IMG/VR virus record: IMGVR_UViG_2627853701_000009
DNA length: 64,000 bases
Origin: a virus
Taxonomy: Duplodnaviria > Heunggongvirae > Uroviricota > Caudoviricetes
Strand: one strand, 5' to 3'
The stretch's first letter is position 1. Each line of letters starts with the position of its first letter. The notes under the pieces are model-generated. The model was given only the letters and a program-made list of their open reading frames with translations, had not been told where the DNA came from and did no database searches. Of the stretch, positions 1 to 9,257 are shown piece after piece. Position numbers and translations under genes: made by a program.

Positions 1-663
1 GCCTTGCCAGATGTTGTCTCAGATTCAGATTATGTCGCTCAATGCGCTGAGTGTAACGCTTGCTGATAACGTGCAGCTTTCCCTTCAGGCGTGATTCATA
101 CAGCGGCCAGCCATCCGTCATCCATACCACGACCTCAAAGGCCGACAGCAGGCTCAGAAGACGCTCCAGTGTGGCCAGAGTGCGTTCACCGAGGACGTGC
201 GCCACAACCGTCCTCCGTATCCTGTCATACGCGTAAAACAGCCAGCGCTGACGTGATTTAGCACCGACGTAGCCCCACTGTTCGTCCATTTCAGCGCAGA
301 CAATCACATCACTGCCCGGTTGTATGCGCGAGGTTACCGACTGCGGCCTGAGTTTTTTAAGTGACGTAAAACCGTGTTGAGGCCAACGCCCATAATGCGT
401 GCACTGGCGCGACATCCGACGCCATTCATGGCCATATCAATGATTTTCTGGTGCTTACCGGGCTGAGAGGCGGTGTAAGTGAACTGTAGTTGCCATGTTT
501 TACGGCAAGGAGAGCAGAGATAGCGCTGATGTCCGGCAGTGCTTTTGCCGTTACGCACCACGCCTTCAGTAGCGGAGCAGGAAGGACATCTGATGGAAAT
601 GGAAGCCACGCAAGCACCTTAAAATCACCATCATACACTAAATCAGTAAGTTGGCAGCATTAC
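1..663 (-). mobile_element. IS1 insertion sequence, partial (right end cut by window start); left terminus at about 663
   Basis: 91-aa ORF matches IS1 InsA; rc of 1-130 matches IS1 insB 3' region; rc of 641-663 is the IS1 terminal inverted repeat (GGTAATGCTGCCAACTTACTGAT). Confidence 0.85.
334..609 (-). CDS. insA: IS1 transposase subunit InsA
   Basis: [32 protein letters not shown]... near-identical to IS1 InsA from memory. Confidence 0.9.
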   Translation of the reverse strand: MASISIRCPSCSATEGVVRNGKSTAGHQRYLCSPCRKTWQLQFTYTASQPGKHQKIIDMAMNGVGCRASARIMGVGLNTVLRHLKNSGRSR

Positions 664-833
664 CGAGATTGTTTTGTCGGAACTGATACGCTGGCGCTAA
701 TAGGTAGTAGGGTTCTTATGCAAAACATACAACCTCTTTCTTAATTTTCGAACCTGTTTAGGATTCTGTGTAAATTCAAAATAAACCTGTCTGAACATTC
801 CTAACAAACATCCACCGGACATGACAACAAAAA

Positions 834-855
834 CCGGAGCCGGACTCCGGTTTTT
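834..855. terminator. Bidirectional rho-independent terminator-like hairpin (CCGGAG-CCGGA-CTCCGG flanked by A and T runs) at tail-fibre end junction a
   Basis: Perfect 6-bp stem with A5 upstream and T5 downstream; same element at 16836-16856 and 20908-20928. Confidence 0.6.
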
Positions 856-868
856 GTGAAGCTGTCGG

Positions 869-1138
869 CTATTTCATTCCGCCAATATTTTCCCACGTCC
901 CGTCAGCACGCAGTATTTGCAGCGGTCTTACCACGCACTGTATCTGCTTTTTATCCGCATCCAGTATCACCACCTGCGTGATTACCCTGTCCTGCTCCGG
1001 GATAATACCATTCTCATCGGACTCCAGAATGTCTGCCGGTCCCAGTCGCAGCTGTGCTGTAAGTAACTCCCCGTTTTCACGGTCATCATGCTTTCCGCAA
1101 CCGCACAGACGCTGCATAAGTTTTTTTAGTATATTCAT
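869..1138 (-). CDS. Small protein (89 aa) directly downstream of tail fibre gene; function unknown
   Basis: ATG at 1138 two bases after fibre stop; conserved in copy B (20943-21212); C-terminal remnant reused at 16871-16942. Confidence 0.5.
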   Translation of the reverse strand: MNILKKLMQRLCGCGKHDDRENGELLTAQLRLGPADILESDENGIIPEQDRVITQVVILDADKKQIQCVVRPLQILRADGTWENIGGMK

Positions 1139-1139
1139 G

Positions 1140-2459
1140 TCATTCTCCTGTTCTGCCTGTATCACTGCCCACTTCATCCAGCCCCTTAACATCCTGCCAC
1201 GGCCCGTCACCAAACCTGACCTGCAAATGCTGAAAAAAACCCTGAACCCGTGTGGCATCTTTGGGGTCAAGAAAGGTCAGTCCGGTGATGAGTGCGCCAT
1301 CTGTATCCGGGAACCAGCCATGGCTGTTTGTCTCAATAATGCTCGCCGGCCCCAGACGAAAACGGATTTGTGTCTCCCCCGGGTCGCCCTTCGGTCCCTG
1401 AGGTCCGGTTGCCCCCACCGGGCCAGCCGCACCTGTTTCTCCTTTCGGTCCCTGTGGGCCTGCCGGGCCTGCCGCACCGGTATCTCCCTTTGGACCCTGT
1501 GGACCTGCATTTCCCGTCAGACCGGTCTCTCCCCGCTCTCCCCTGTCACCTTTCGGCCCCTGCGGGCCTGCCGGACCAGCATCACCTGCCGGTCCCCGTT
1601 CACCGGTTGCCCCGACAGGGCCGGTGTCACCGCGCTCTCCCTTATCACCCTTCGGCCCCTGAGGACCCGCGGGCCCCTGTTCCCCCTTTGGCCCGGGAGG
1701 TCCCACCACGGTGGGGATTCGGTTTACGGCCTCTTCCGCCGCTATCCTGCTTTGTTCCGCTGACTGTGCGCTTTCTGCTGACTCCCGGGCTTTTTCTGTT
1801 GCGGTCGTTGCATCCCTGGCTGCATTACCGGCTGCACTTTCTGCCGTCTTTCTTGACAATTCAGCTTCTGCTGCACTTTGTGATGACTCACTGGCTTTTT
1901 GAGCGGCCGCAGAAGCCGAGGACGAGGACGCATCCTCTGACTGCTTTGCAGCGGCTGCACTTTCTGCCGCCTGCCGGGCTGACTCCGATGCATCCCCTGC
2001 TGAAGTGTCAGCATTTGCAGCGCTCTCTTCTGCCTGACTGGCTGATATGCCGGCATTCCTCGCTGACGTCTCCGCCTCTCCGGCATTCTTCTTCGCCTCC
2101 TCAGCGTGACGCGCCACCTCTTCCACCATCAGTTCAAAACGACGCAGTGCCTCCGGCCGGACGTCATCCTCCGACATGGCACCGAGAAAATCATTCAGCG
2201 TCCCCGGTTGAGAATCTTCATACACGGTGATGGTCCCGGCATGTGACGGCGGGAATCCCTCCACCAACAGAATGACGCTGTACTGACCGTACTCAACGTC
2301 CATGCTGTAACGACCGGCTTCATCCGGATTTTCAGAGGCCACCGTGTTCACCACCACCGTGCTGCTGGTCCGTCTGGCTTTCAGTTGAATGGTGCAGTTC
2401 TCTACCGGTTTTCCTGTGCCGTCTTTCAGTACACCTGAAATCTTTACTGCCATATTCAC
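1140..2459 (-). CDS. Side tail fibre protein with collagen-like Gly-X-Y repeats
   Basis: Long run of GPxGxxG triplets ([28 protein letters not shown]...), Ala/Ser/Glu-rich coiled N-region; position after lom. Confidence 0.8.
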   Translation of the reverse strand: MNMAVKISGVLKDGTGKPVENCTIQLKARRTSSTVVVNTVASENPDEAGRYSMDVEYGQYSVILLVEGFPPSHAGTITVYEDSQPGTLNDFLGAMSEDDVRPEALRRFELMVEEVARHAEEAKKNAGEAETSARNAGISASQAEESAANADTSAGDASESARQAAESAAAAKQSEDASSSSASAAAQKASESSQSAAEAELSRKTAESAAGNAARDATTATEKARESAESAQSAEQSRIAAEEAVNRIPTVVGPPGPKGEQGPAGPQGPKGDKGERGDTGPVGATGERGPAGDAGPAGPQGPKGDRGERGETGLTGNAGPQGPKGDTGAAGPAGPQGPKGETGAAGPVGATGPQGPKGDPGETQIRFRLGPASIIETNSHGWFPDTDGALITGLTFLDPKDATRVQGFFQHLQVRFGDGPWQDVKGLDEVGSDTGRTGE

Positions 2460-2464
2460 CCCAC

Positions 2465-2490
2465 AAAAAAGCCCGCCTGAACCGGCGGGC
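2465..2490 (-). terminator. Rho-independent terminator downstream of lom
   Basis: Minus-strand hairpin GCCCGCC-GGTTCA-GGCGGGC followed by T6. Confidence 0.6.
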
Positions 2491-2517
2491 TGTCATAACA
2501 CTGTGTTACCTGGCTAA

Positions 2518-3117
2518 TCAGAACTTATAACCGACACCCACGATGAAACCGTCAGTGCGCCAGTCGCCACTGCCGGAGCCTTCATAAGCAATATCAATGG
2601 CCACGGATTCGGTCGGGTTAAACTGCACGCCAGCTCCCCACGCCAGAGACGTGTTGCTGTGGCGACCGTCATCACTTCCGGTCAGCACATCATGCGTTTT
2701 CCCCTTGTTGTCGGTCACCTGCAGATAATCACCGGAGAAAGTCGACACACGGCTGTAAGCCACACCCGCCATCGCATACGCGCTGAACCATTCATTCACG
2801 CGCACAGACGGCCCCGCCATATCGCTGAACCAGCGGTTACGCACGGAATCTTCATGCCAGCGGGTATCGCTGTAACGGGTCAGCTGGCGATTCTTGTCTC
2901 CTGCATAGCTGAATGACGTCACCATTCCCAGTGTGTCCGTAAACTCATAACGGTATTTCACGTTAATCCCGTTCAGTTCATCGCTGCCAGGAACGTTCGT
3001 CGAGACATGAAGATACCCCGCGCTCAGCGTTGACTGATGTTCAGACGCCCATGCAGGCGCACCGGATACGGCCAGACAAATGGCTGCGGACAAAATGGCG
3101 GCATAAAGTTTACGCAT
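2518..3117 (-). CDS. lom: Lom outer membrane protein (Ail/Lom family)
   Basis: 199 aa, signal peptide, near-identical to lambda Lom from memory. Confidence 0.9.
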   Translation of the reverse strand: MRKLYAAILSAAICLAVSGAPAWASEHQSTLSAGYLHVSTNVPGSDELNGINVKYRYEFTDTLGMVTSFSYAGDKNRQLTRYSDTRWHEDSVRNRWFSDMAGPSVRVNEWFSAYAMAGVAYSRVSTFSGDYLQVTDNKGKTHDVLTGSDDGRHSNTSLAWGAGVQFNPTESVAIDIAYEGSGSGDWRTDGFIVGVGYKF

Positions 3118-3141
3118 AATTACCTCTCGCTTTTCTGCAAT

Positions 3142-3165
3142 AAAAAAGGCGCCATTTCTGGCGCC
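3142..3165 (-). terminator. Rho-independent terminator between J and lom
   Basis: Minus-strand hairpin GGCGCC-AGAAAT-GGCGCC followed by T6. Confidence 0.6.
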
Positions 3166-3184
3166 CGTATATGGGTTATAAAAT

Positions 3185-6100
3185 TCAGCTGATACTGATG
3201 CCTGCGGTGGCTTTCTTCATCACCACAACCAGCAAATCGCTGATACTTGCTGTGGGATACCAGTTATTCACCAGCCATGCTGACACCGAAAACTCCAGCG
3301 TCATGTGACCGTGACCGGCAGGCATATCAATAACGCCACTGTAAATCAGCGTATTATCCAGCGCGGTACGGTTATAAATTTCAGCACCGTTTTTCCGCAC
3401 TATCAGACGGCATGAGGAGTAAATATCAGTATGCTCTCTCTCATGCTTAGCGCCGCTGAATGCCACCGCCGGAATAACAATCTGCCGGTCAAACGGCTGA
3501 TCGTCATAAACCCTGACGGTAATGGTCCCTGATGGCCACCGCTCCGGTGCCCGGGAGTCCCGCGGAAAAGCCTTACCCACTGTTTTGACTATATCGCCTT
3601 CAATCTGGTTGGCTGACAGTTTCCCCTTAATCTGACAGTTCTCATTAATCGTGACGTTGTTGAGCGTCCCCGCGTTCGCATTCACACTGCCACTGATATC
3701 CGCATTTTTAGCTGTCAGCTTTCCGTCCGGTGTCAGGGAAAATGCCGGCGGATTGCCGCCGGAGGTAATGGTGGGAGCCGTCAGGCGTTTCAGGAACACG
3801 TCGTTCATGAATATCTGATCGCCCTGACCAACAAACATCGGCTTTGTGTTGCCATTCGCAGGATTAATCATCGCAATCCTGTCTGCCGCCAGCAGCACCT
3901 GACTCTGCATTCCTGCTGGCGTATTCTCAATACCGGCACCGATACCCGCAATATAAAGGCGTCCGTCCTTCATCTGTTGCAGCTTCACAGCCCACATGCT
4001 GTTCAGATTATTATTTGTATCAACCTGAACCTTCTGTATCTGCTGGATCGCTGCACTCTGGTCTTCCAGTTTCTTATTGACGGTCTGCGTGATTTCATTA
4101 CTGACATCCGTGATGGACGTTCTGATTTCCGCCAGGTCAGGCGCAAGCTGACCGTTATCAATCTGAGTCCACAACTCCTGAGCCAGATGGGTTTTCCCTA
4201 TCTCTCCTTTGAAAAAATCCAGATAGCCGGATGCATCATCACTCGGCTGGCCAACAGCCTCCACAAATGCCGATTTGCCAACGGTGTTCACACTGCGGAT
4301 ATAAAAGTAATAATCATGGCCCGGTTTGATATTGATACTGGCGGCTATCCAGTACAGCCCCGTGCCAAGGTAGCGGGCTGTGGTTTCAACCTGCCTGATA
4401 TCGGTAATCCGCGTTTCCGAAAACCAGAACTCAAACTGTACCGTCGGGTCATACACCGCAAGACGCGGGACCGCTGTTATCTGAAAATAGCCCGGTGTCA
4501 GCTCAATCTGTGACGGCGCTGCCGGTGCGGCAATCCGGAACGATACCGACGCCGGATCGCCCTGCTGCCCCCACGCATTTACCGCCCGGACTGTCAGCCT
4601 GTAGTTCCCCGGCGCCAGTTGCGTGAAGCGGTATGTGGTTTCCGTCGTCCGGGCCGTGCTGACCAGCCGCTCACTGCCGTCATCCGCGGCCACGGTCAGG
4701 CGAAGCATAAAGCTCACGCCCTTCACCACCTTCGGCGTGTCCCATTTCGCCTGCGCCAGATACTGACCGTCAGCTGCGCTCACCTCCACCGTCAGGTGCT
4801 GCACTGCCGGAGGGATGACGCTGTTCAGGGTGCCTGACTGCGGCTCAAAGCTGGCCCCGTTATCCACGATGGCTTCCTTTTCCGGTACGTGCTGCACCGC
4901 CGTGATGGCAAAGGTGCCGTCCGTGTTTTCCCGGATGGAGACACAGCGGAACAGGCGACGACGCAGTGACGGCAGGGAGAGTCCCCATACACCGTATGTC
5001 TCCACACCATCAGGCAGGGTGCTGACCTGTATCCGGTCCGGCGCGGGGTGTGCAGTGATGGCCACGCTCACCGGCTTACCGCTGCCGTTAATCAGGTTCA
5101 CCGTGGCGGCACCGGTCTCCGGCAGGGTCACCTCACGGTCCAGTGTCAGGGTGCGGCTGGCGGCATCGATGGACAGGATACGTCCGCCGGTCATGGTCCC
5201 GGCATAGTCGTTATCACAGATTTCAATAATGTCACCGGGTGTGTGACGCAGCCCCTGTGACCCGAGCGTGAAATCCACCGTCTGCGTTTCCAGCAGTCCG
5301 GTCTTTATCACCCACAGCCCGGCACGGTGGGCCTGACCGCGACTGGTACAGCCGAACGCATCCATCTTCAGCAGGTTGCGCCCGTAGCGCAGTATGGCTT
5401 CCGGGTCTTCCACCAGTTCCGTGGAGGTCTGCCAGCCGTTCTGCGGGTCGGTGTAATTCACCTCCACCGCCGTGTGGCGGTCCTTCAGGGCGCTGAAGCT
5501 GTAGCGAAACCCCACGCCGTTATCATCCACCACCACATCACTGTTGGTGTACGGCCACACCACATCCGACGGGCTGTCCTGAACGAACGTCAGCGTCTGG
5601 CCGTTCCATACCGGCATACAGCGCATCGCCGAGCAGAAATCACTGAGAACGTCCCACGCCTTACGCTGTTGTGACAGGTACGCATTGAAAGTCATCCGCG
5701 GCTCTGTGCCCCCGAAACCATCCGGGACCGTCTGGTCGCAGTACTGTCCGATGGCATACAGCGCCCACTTGTCAACATCCGCCGCCACCAGACGTTTTCC
5801 CATGCCGTAGCGCGGGTGAGTCAGCATGTCCCACAGGCACCAGGCCGGGTTGTTGCTGTATGCCGGTTTCAGGCTGCCGTCCCAGATGCCGCTGTACGTG
5901 CGTTTTTCCGGGTCATAGTTTGACGGTACCTGGATGATGCGACCGCGGATATGGTAGTTCACCGTCATCTGCTGACCGCCAAACTGCTCCGCATCCACCT
6001 GCAGCCCCACAATCGCCGTGTTCGGGTAGCACTGTTTCACATCGATGATTTCGGTGTATGACGACCAGAGCGTCTTATTCTGCAGCTGGTCCGAGGTGCT

Positions 6101-6661
6101 GTCCGCTGTCTCCCGGACCATCCGGATGTTAAAGGGCCGCTCAGGCAGATTATCCAGAATCACCGACGCCAGAAACTGCGAGGTGGTCTTGCCGTTAATG
6201 GTGACATCCTTTTCCGTCACCCAGTTACCGTTACGCTGCAACTGAATCAGCAGTCGGACAGAAGAGGGATTACGGTCGCCCTTTGAGGTGGTCTCCAACA
6301 GTGACTGCACCCCGAAGGTGACCCGCAGGCGGTCAATGTTCGCGGACGTAATGGTGCGCGTCACCGGCTTTGCTTTCGTCACTTCCACGCCCAGTGCGGT
6401 TTCCGCCCCGGAGGACTCAAAGCCTTCAGGTGGTGTCTGCTCCTGCTCCCCGGCGCGCCAGACCGCTGTCACACCATGTATCACAGGATTACCGTCCGTG
6501 TCCGTCAGCGGGGTTTTGTTCACCAGGATACTCTGCAGCCCCTTCACCGGACCTTCAATCGGCCCTTCACCAATGGCGTCAATCACGCTCATCATCTGCG
6601 TGGACTTAAGATTGTCCTTTGCCTCTACCGGCGTGTGCCCCTTGCCGCCCCCTTTACCCAC
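3185..6661 (-). CDS. J: Tail tip host-specificity protein J (central tail fibre), 1158 aa from GTG
   Basis: Collinear with lambda J over full length; GTG start inferred because the upstream in-frame ATG extension is not conserved in copy B. Confidence 0.9.
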   Translation of the reverse strand: MGKGGGKGHTPVEAKDNLKSTQMMSVIDAIGEGPIEGPVKGLQSILVNKTPLTDTDGNPVIHGVTAVWRAGEQEQTPPEGFESSGAETALGVEVTKAKPVTRTITSANIDRLRVTFGVQSLLETTSKGDRNPSSVRLLIQLQRNGNWVTEKDVTINGKTTSQFLASVILDNLPERPFNIRMVRETADSTSDQLQNKTLWSSYTEIIDVKQCYPNTAIVGLQVDAEQFGGQQMTVNYHIRGRIIQVPSNYDPEKRTYSGIWDGSLKPAYSNNPAWCLWDMLTHPRYGMGKRLVAADVDKWALYAIGQYCDQTVPDGFGGTEPRMTFNAYLSQQRKAWDVLSDFCSAMRCMPVWNGQTLTFVQDSPSDVVWPYTNSDVVVDDNGVGFRYSFSALKDRHTAVEVNYTDPQNGWQTSTELVEDPEAILRYGRNLLKMDAFGCTSRGQAHRAGLWVIKTGLLETQTVDFTLGSQGLRHTPGDIIEICDNDYAGTMTGGRILSIDAASRTLTLDREVTLPETGAATVNLINGSGKPVSVAITAHPAPDRIQVSTLPDGVETYGVWGLSLPSLRRRLFRCVSIRENTDGTFAITAVQHVPEKEAIVDNGASFEPQSGTLNSVIPPAVQHLTVEVSAADGQYLAQAKWDTPKVVKGVSFMLRLTVAADDGSERLVSTARTTETTYRFTQLAPGNYRLTVRAVNAWGQQGDPASVSFRIAAPAAPSQIELTPGYFQITAVPRLAVYDPTVQFEFWFSETRITDIRQVETTARYLGTGLYWIAASINIKPGHDYYFYIRSVNTVGKSAFVEAVGQPSDDASGYLDFFKGEIGKTHLAQELWTQIDNGQLAPDLAEIRTSITDVSNEITQTVNKKLEDQSAAIQQIQKVQVDTNNNLNSMWAVKLQQMKDGRLYIAGIGAGIENTPAGMQSQVLLAADRIAMINPANGNTKPMFVGQGDQIFMNDVFLKRLTAPTITSGGNPPAFSLTPDGKLTAKNADISGSVNANAGTLNNVTINENCQIKGKLSANQIEGDIVKTVGKAFPRDSRAPERWPSGTITVRVYDDQPFDRQIVIPAVAFSGAKHEREHTDIYSSCRLIVRKNGAEIYNRTALDNTLIYSGVIDMPAGHGHMTLEFSVSAWLVNNWYPTASISDLLVVVMKKATAGISIS

Positions 6662-6735
6662 TCTGTCCCCCTCTCCTGTCTGATGTCTGAATCTGTTTAT
6701 GCCAGAAAACAACAGGCACCCCGGAGGTGCCTGTG

Positions 6736-6855
6736 TCATGACGGAATAAAATTTCTGAAACTCTTCACATTTCCGGCAATTGCCTGTAGCCGCAATAATG
6801 ACGCTGCATTACTTTTTTGATGCCTGAAAAATAACTCCATAACGTTAATCTTCAT
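6736..6855 (-). CDS. Candidate 39-codon ORF inside the inserted I-J intergenic region ([16 protein letters not shown]...)
   Basis: ATG with GGAG about 8 nt upstream; identical in copy B; flanked by two hairpins; no homolog recalled. Confidence 0.25.
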   Translation of the reverse strand: MKINVMELFFRHQKSNAASLLRLQAIAGNVKSFRNFIPS

Positions 6856-6900
6856 CGTTCTCTCCCGCAGCTCCGCTAACTCTGCGGGATTTTTTTATTT

Positions 6901-7578
6901 TCATCCCCGCCCGATAACCACCACTTTCCCGTCTCCGCCCTCATCACGGGTACTGATGTCCTGGGAGATTCGCCGGGAGCCAACCAGCATTTCACCGTAA
7001 GGCACCGGCATCGGGTTCCCCTGGGCAATCATGTTATCCAGCGAGGAAAAGTACGTGTTCTGTCTGCCGTTATCCGTTGCGCGGTAATCCGGTGTTTTTG
7101 CCTTCGGGGCCAGCATCTGGGCCACACCGCCCAGAATCATGCTGGCTCCAAGTGAAAACAGCATCGTGGTGGCAGAAAAACCACCGGCTGCCAGGGCTGA
7201 ACCCCATAACGCCATTGATGCCCCGGCAGTGAAGAAAGAGCCCACGATGGCTGCCGCCCCCAGCACAATCTGCAGTCCACCCTTTCCGGCCCCGGCCAGT
7301 CGCGGCACAATGTGGATGACCGTTCCCTCACCCAGCTGTTCGTGAAGACGGGCGTACACCGCCTCCGGTGCCGTGTCTTCACCGCGAATACGTATCTGGT
7401 ACCAGCCTTCGTTCATCTGACGGCGGAATCCCGGCATCTGCAGCGACAGGGCACGGATGGCTTCCGCTGCCGTGTTCACGTACAGGCTGAGGCGGCGGCC
7501 AAATCGTTGCAAATCCCCGTGAAGGCAGATGCGTGCCAGTGGCGGTGACGCCAGACAGAATGCGTTCGTCGTTGCCAT
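6901..7578 (-). CDS. I: Tail tip assembly protein I
   Basis: MATTNAFCLASPPLARICLHGDLQRFGRR... matches lambda I. Confidence 0.9.
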   Translation of the reverse strand: MATTNAFCLASPPLARICLHGDLQRFGRRLSLYVNTAAEAIRALSLQMPGFRRQMNEGWYQIRIRGEDTAPEAVYARLHEQLGEGTVIHIVPRLAGAGKGGLQIVLGAAAIVGSFFTAGASMALWGSALAAGGFSATTMLFSLGASMILGGVAQMLAPKAKTPDYRATDNGRQNTYFSSLDNMIAQGNPMPVPYGEMLVGSRRISQDISTRDEGGDGKVVVIGRG

Positions 7579-8219
7579 TTTTCCGAATACCTCTCCCGTT
7601 TACTCAGTTGTTCAGGCAGATGGTGAAGCAGTTCACCGTTGCCGCAGTATATGGCGGCATGATTGGCCACCGATGCGCCAAAGCAGCACAGCAGGATATC
7701 GCCCGCCTGTGCAGAGGACAGGGGCACCCGGTAAAAACCAGTCGCCGCCATATTGTCCAGGTAAAGGTTCTGACCGTTGCGCCACCAGTCATCCTCACGC
7801 ACAAAATCCGGCAGCGTTATCCCCGCCAGATGGTATGCATCCCGGAACAGGGTGTAACAGTCCGTCACCCCGTGCTCAAAACGACGCCCGGTCAGGTGCG
7901 GCACACAGCGGAATTTGTGAATTTCCCCCCGGCAGACCAGCCACCAGGGCAGGGCACTCTTTATCTGCAGCCGCCGGTCGGCCTCGCTCAGCCAGGGCAG
8001 ACCACCAGGGTGGCTGTGAACCAGCGCCACAATCTCCCCCTGCATCTCTGCCTGCAGCCAGTCTTCCGGCGCAATACGAAAATACGCCTCCGGCTCTGCG
8101 GAGATATTCACGCAGGGCTGGTACCGTTCGCCCTCCGGGGTGCCTATCACGAAGCCGCACGACTCCGCAGGCGCACACCGCCGGGCATGCACCAGAATCG
8201 CTGATTCAGTCTGTGTCAT
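7476..8219 (-). CDS. K: Tail tip assembly protein K (NlpC/P60 and JAB/MPN motifs), intact copy
   Basis: MTQTESAIL..., HSHPGG motif, DCYTLFRDAY Cys motif; position between L and I. Confidence 0.85.
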   Translation of the reverse strand: MTQTESAILVHARRCAPAESCGFVIGTPEGERYQPCVNISAEPEAYFRIAPEDWLQAEMQGEIVALVHSHPGGLPWLSEADRRLQIKSALPWWLVCRGEIHKFRCVPHLTGRRFEHGVTDCYTLFRDAYHLAGITLPDFVREDDWWRNGQNLYLDNMAATGFYRVPLSSAQAGDILLCCFGASVANHAAIYCGNGELLHHLPEQLSKRERYSEKWQRRTHSVWRHRHWHASAFTGICNDLAAASACT

Positions 8220-8229
8220 AAAACAGGAT

Positions 8230-8928
8230 TTACTGCGAAAGTTTATTGATGGAAAGGAAACCGCCAAAATTAGCCACCATGCCGCGCATCTCACACCCGC
8301 GCATGCACTTGCTGCATCTGTCCTTACGGATATCCGTGGTGGGGTTGTCGAACTCATCCGCCACCGCAGGACCGTTATACCCGCATTCATCTCCCCGGTA
8401 ATCCCACATACAGGTGTTCGCCAGCATGATGCGACCGGGAAACAGCGCACCGTCCGTCTCCGTCGGTGTTGCCAGCACAAACGAGGCTGTCATGGCCGTC
8501 AGCTCTGACATCTGCTCCACCACCCACCGGTCAGTCAGCTCCTGCTCCGGGTCGGCCTCCGGATTGCCTGCCACAAAGTTCACCGCATCCAGAAAACGGG
8601 CATACACCCGGCGGCGGACCACCGTGGCACCCACCAGGCTCTGCAAATCCTCCGCCATCCCGGTGACAAGACCGAACAGATTGGACACCGTCAGCGACGG
8701 GCGGGCACTGCTGCCCTTTCCGTTCATCTCAAAGCCACTGCCCTCAATCGGGTACGCCTGATATTGCCGCCCCTGCCAGGTCACCGGCTCCCCTTTTTCA
8801 TTCAGCTCATTGCAGAAAAAATACCGCTCACCGCCCTGCGCCGTCAGGTCGATTTCCCAGAGTACCACCCGCGGTGACTGCTCTGATTTAACCGACTCGT
8901 TCAGACTTTCTTCGTGAATATCCTGCAT
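8230..8928 (-). CDS. L: Tail tip protein L
   Basis: 232 aa, matches lambda L including C-terminal Cys cluster. Confidence 0.9.
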   Translation of the reverse strand: MQDIHEESLNESVKSEQSPRVVLWEIDLTAQGGERYFFCNELNEKGEPVTWQGRQYQAYPIEGSGFEMNGKGSSARPSLTVSNLFGLVTGMAEDLQSLVGATVVRRRVYARFLDAVNFVAGNPEADPEQELTDRWVVEQMSELTAMTASFVLATPTETDGALFPGRIMLANTCMWDYRGDECGYNGPAVADEFDNPTTDIRKDRCSKCMRGCEMRGMVANFGGFLSINKLSQ

Positions 8929-9257
8929 CAGTTCACCACCTGCTTAAACTCCGCGCTGAACTCAACGCGCAACATCCCGACCCGCGCAGACCACCCGGCA
9001 CAGGTCACCTTTATCTGCCGGTATGCATAGGGTGGCTTCCACAAAAATGCCTTCCAGCCTCCGTGCTCTGCCAGGAATGCCTCCAGATGTCGGGCCTCCT
9101 CCCGGGTCACGGAAAGCGTCACACGGTATGTTTTCAGGTCAGCATTCAGCCCTGCCGCCATACGCTGTGAGTACCCGTCACCAAAACGCACTTCACGCAC
9201 CGATGGCTGCGAGTTCACCTCCATATCCGGCTTCACTTTCCAGCGAAAGGTTTTCAT
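8928..9257 (-). CDS. M: Tail tip protein M
   Basis: 109 aa, matches lambda M. Confidence 0.9.
   Translation of the reverse strand: MKTFRWKVKPDMEVNSQPSVREVRFGDGYSQRMAAGLNADLKTYRVTLSVTREEARHLEAFLAEHGGWKAFLWKPPYAYRQIKVTCAGWSARVGMLRVEFSAEFKQVVN

Noticed and set aside
1380-1740. Periodic 9-bp repeats that could be mistaken for a CRISPR-like array
   Set aside because: Period is the collagen triplet coding unit inside one ORF; no spacer/repeat alternation and no cas genes
978-2230. Long plus-strand ORFs (978-1763, 1370-2230, 1711-1902) antisense to the tail fibre gene
   Set aside because: Proline/arginine-rich translations are the mirror of the GC-rich Gly-X-Y repeats on the coding strand; same artefact at 20929-22295
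6662-6739. N-terminal extension of J from the upstream ATG ([13 protein letters not shown]...)
   Set aside because: Copy B has a 1-nt indel that puts this ATG out of frame while the GTG-initiated J is conserved, so the extension is unlikely to be translated
7529-8221. Two 223-230-aa plus-strand ORFs antisense to K/I (also 27061-27753)
   Set aside because: Antisense to intact lambda-like K and I genes; low-complexity translations
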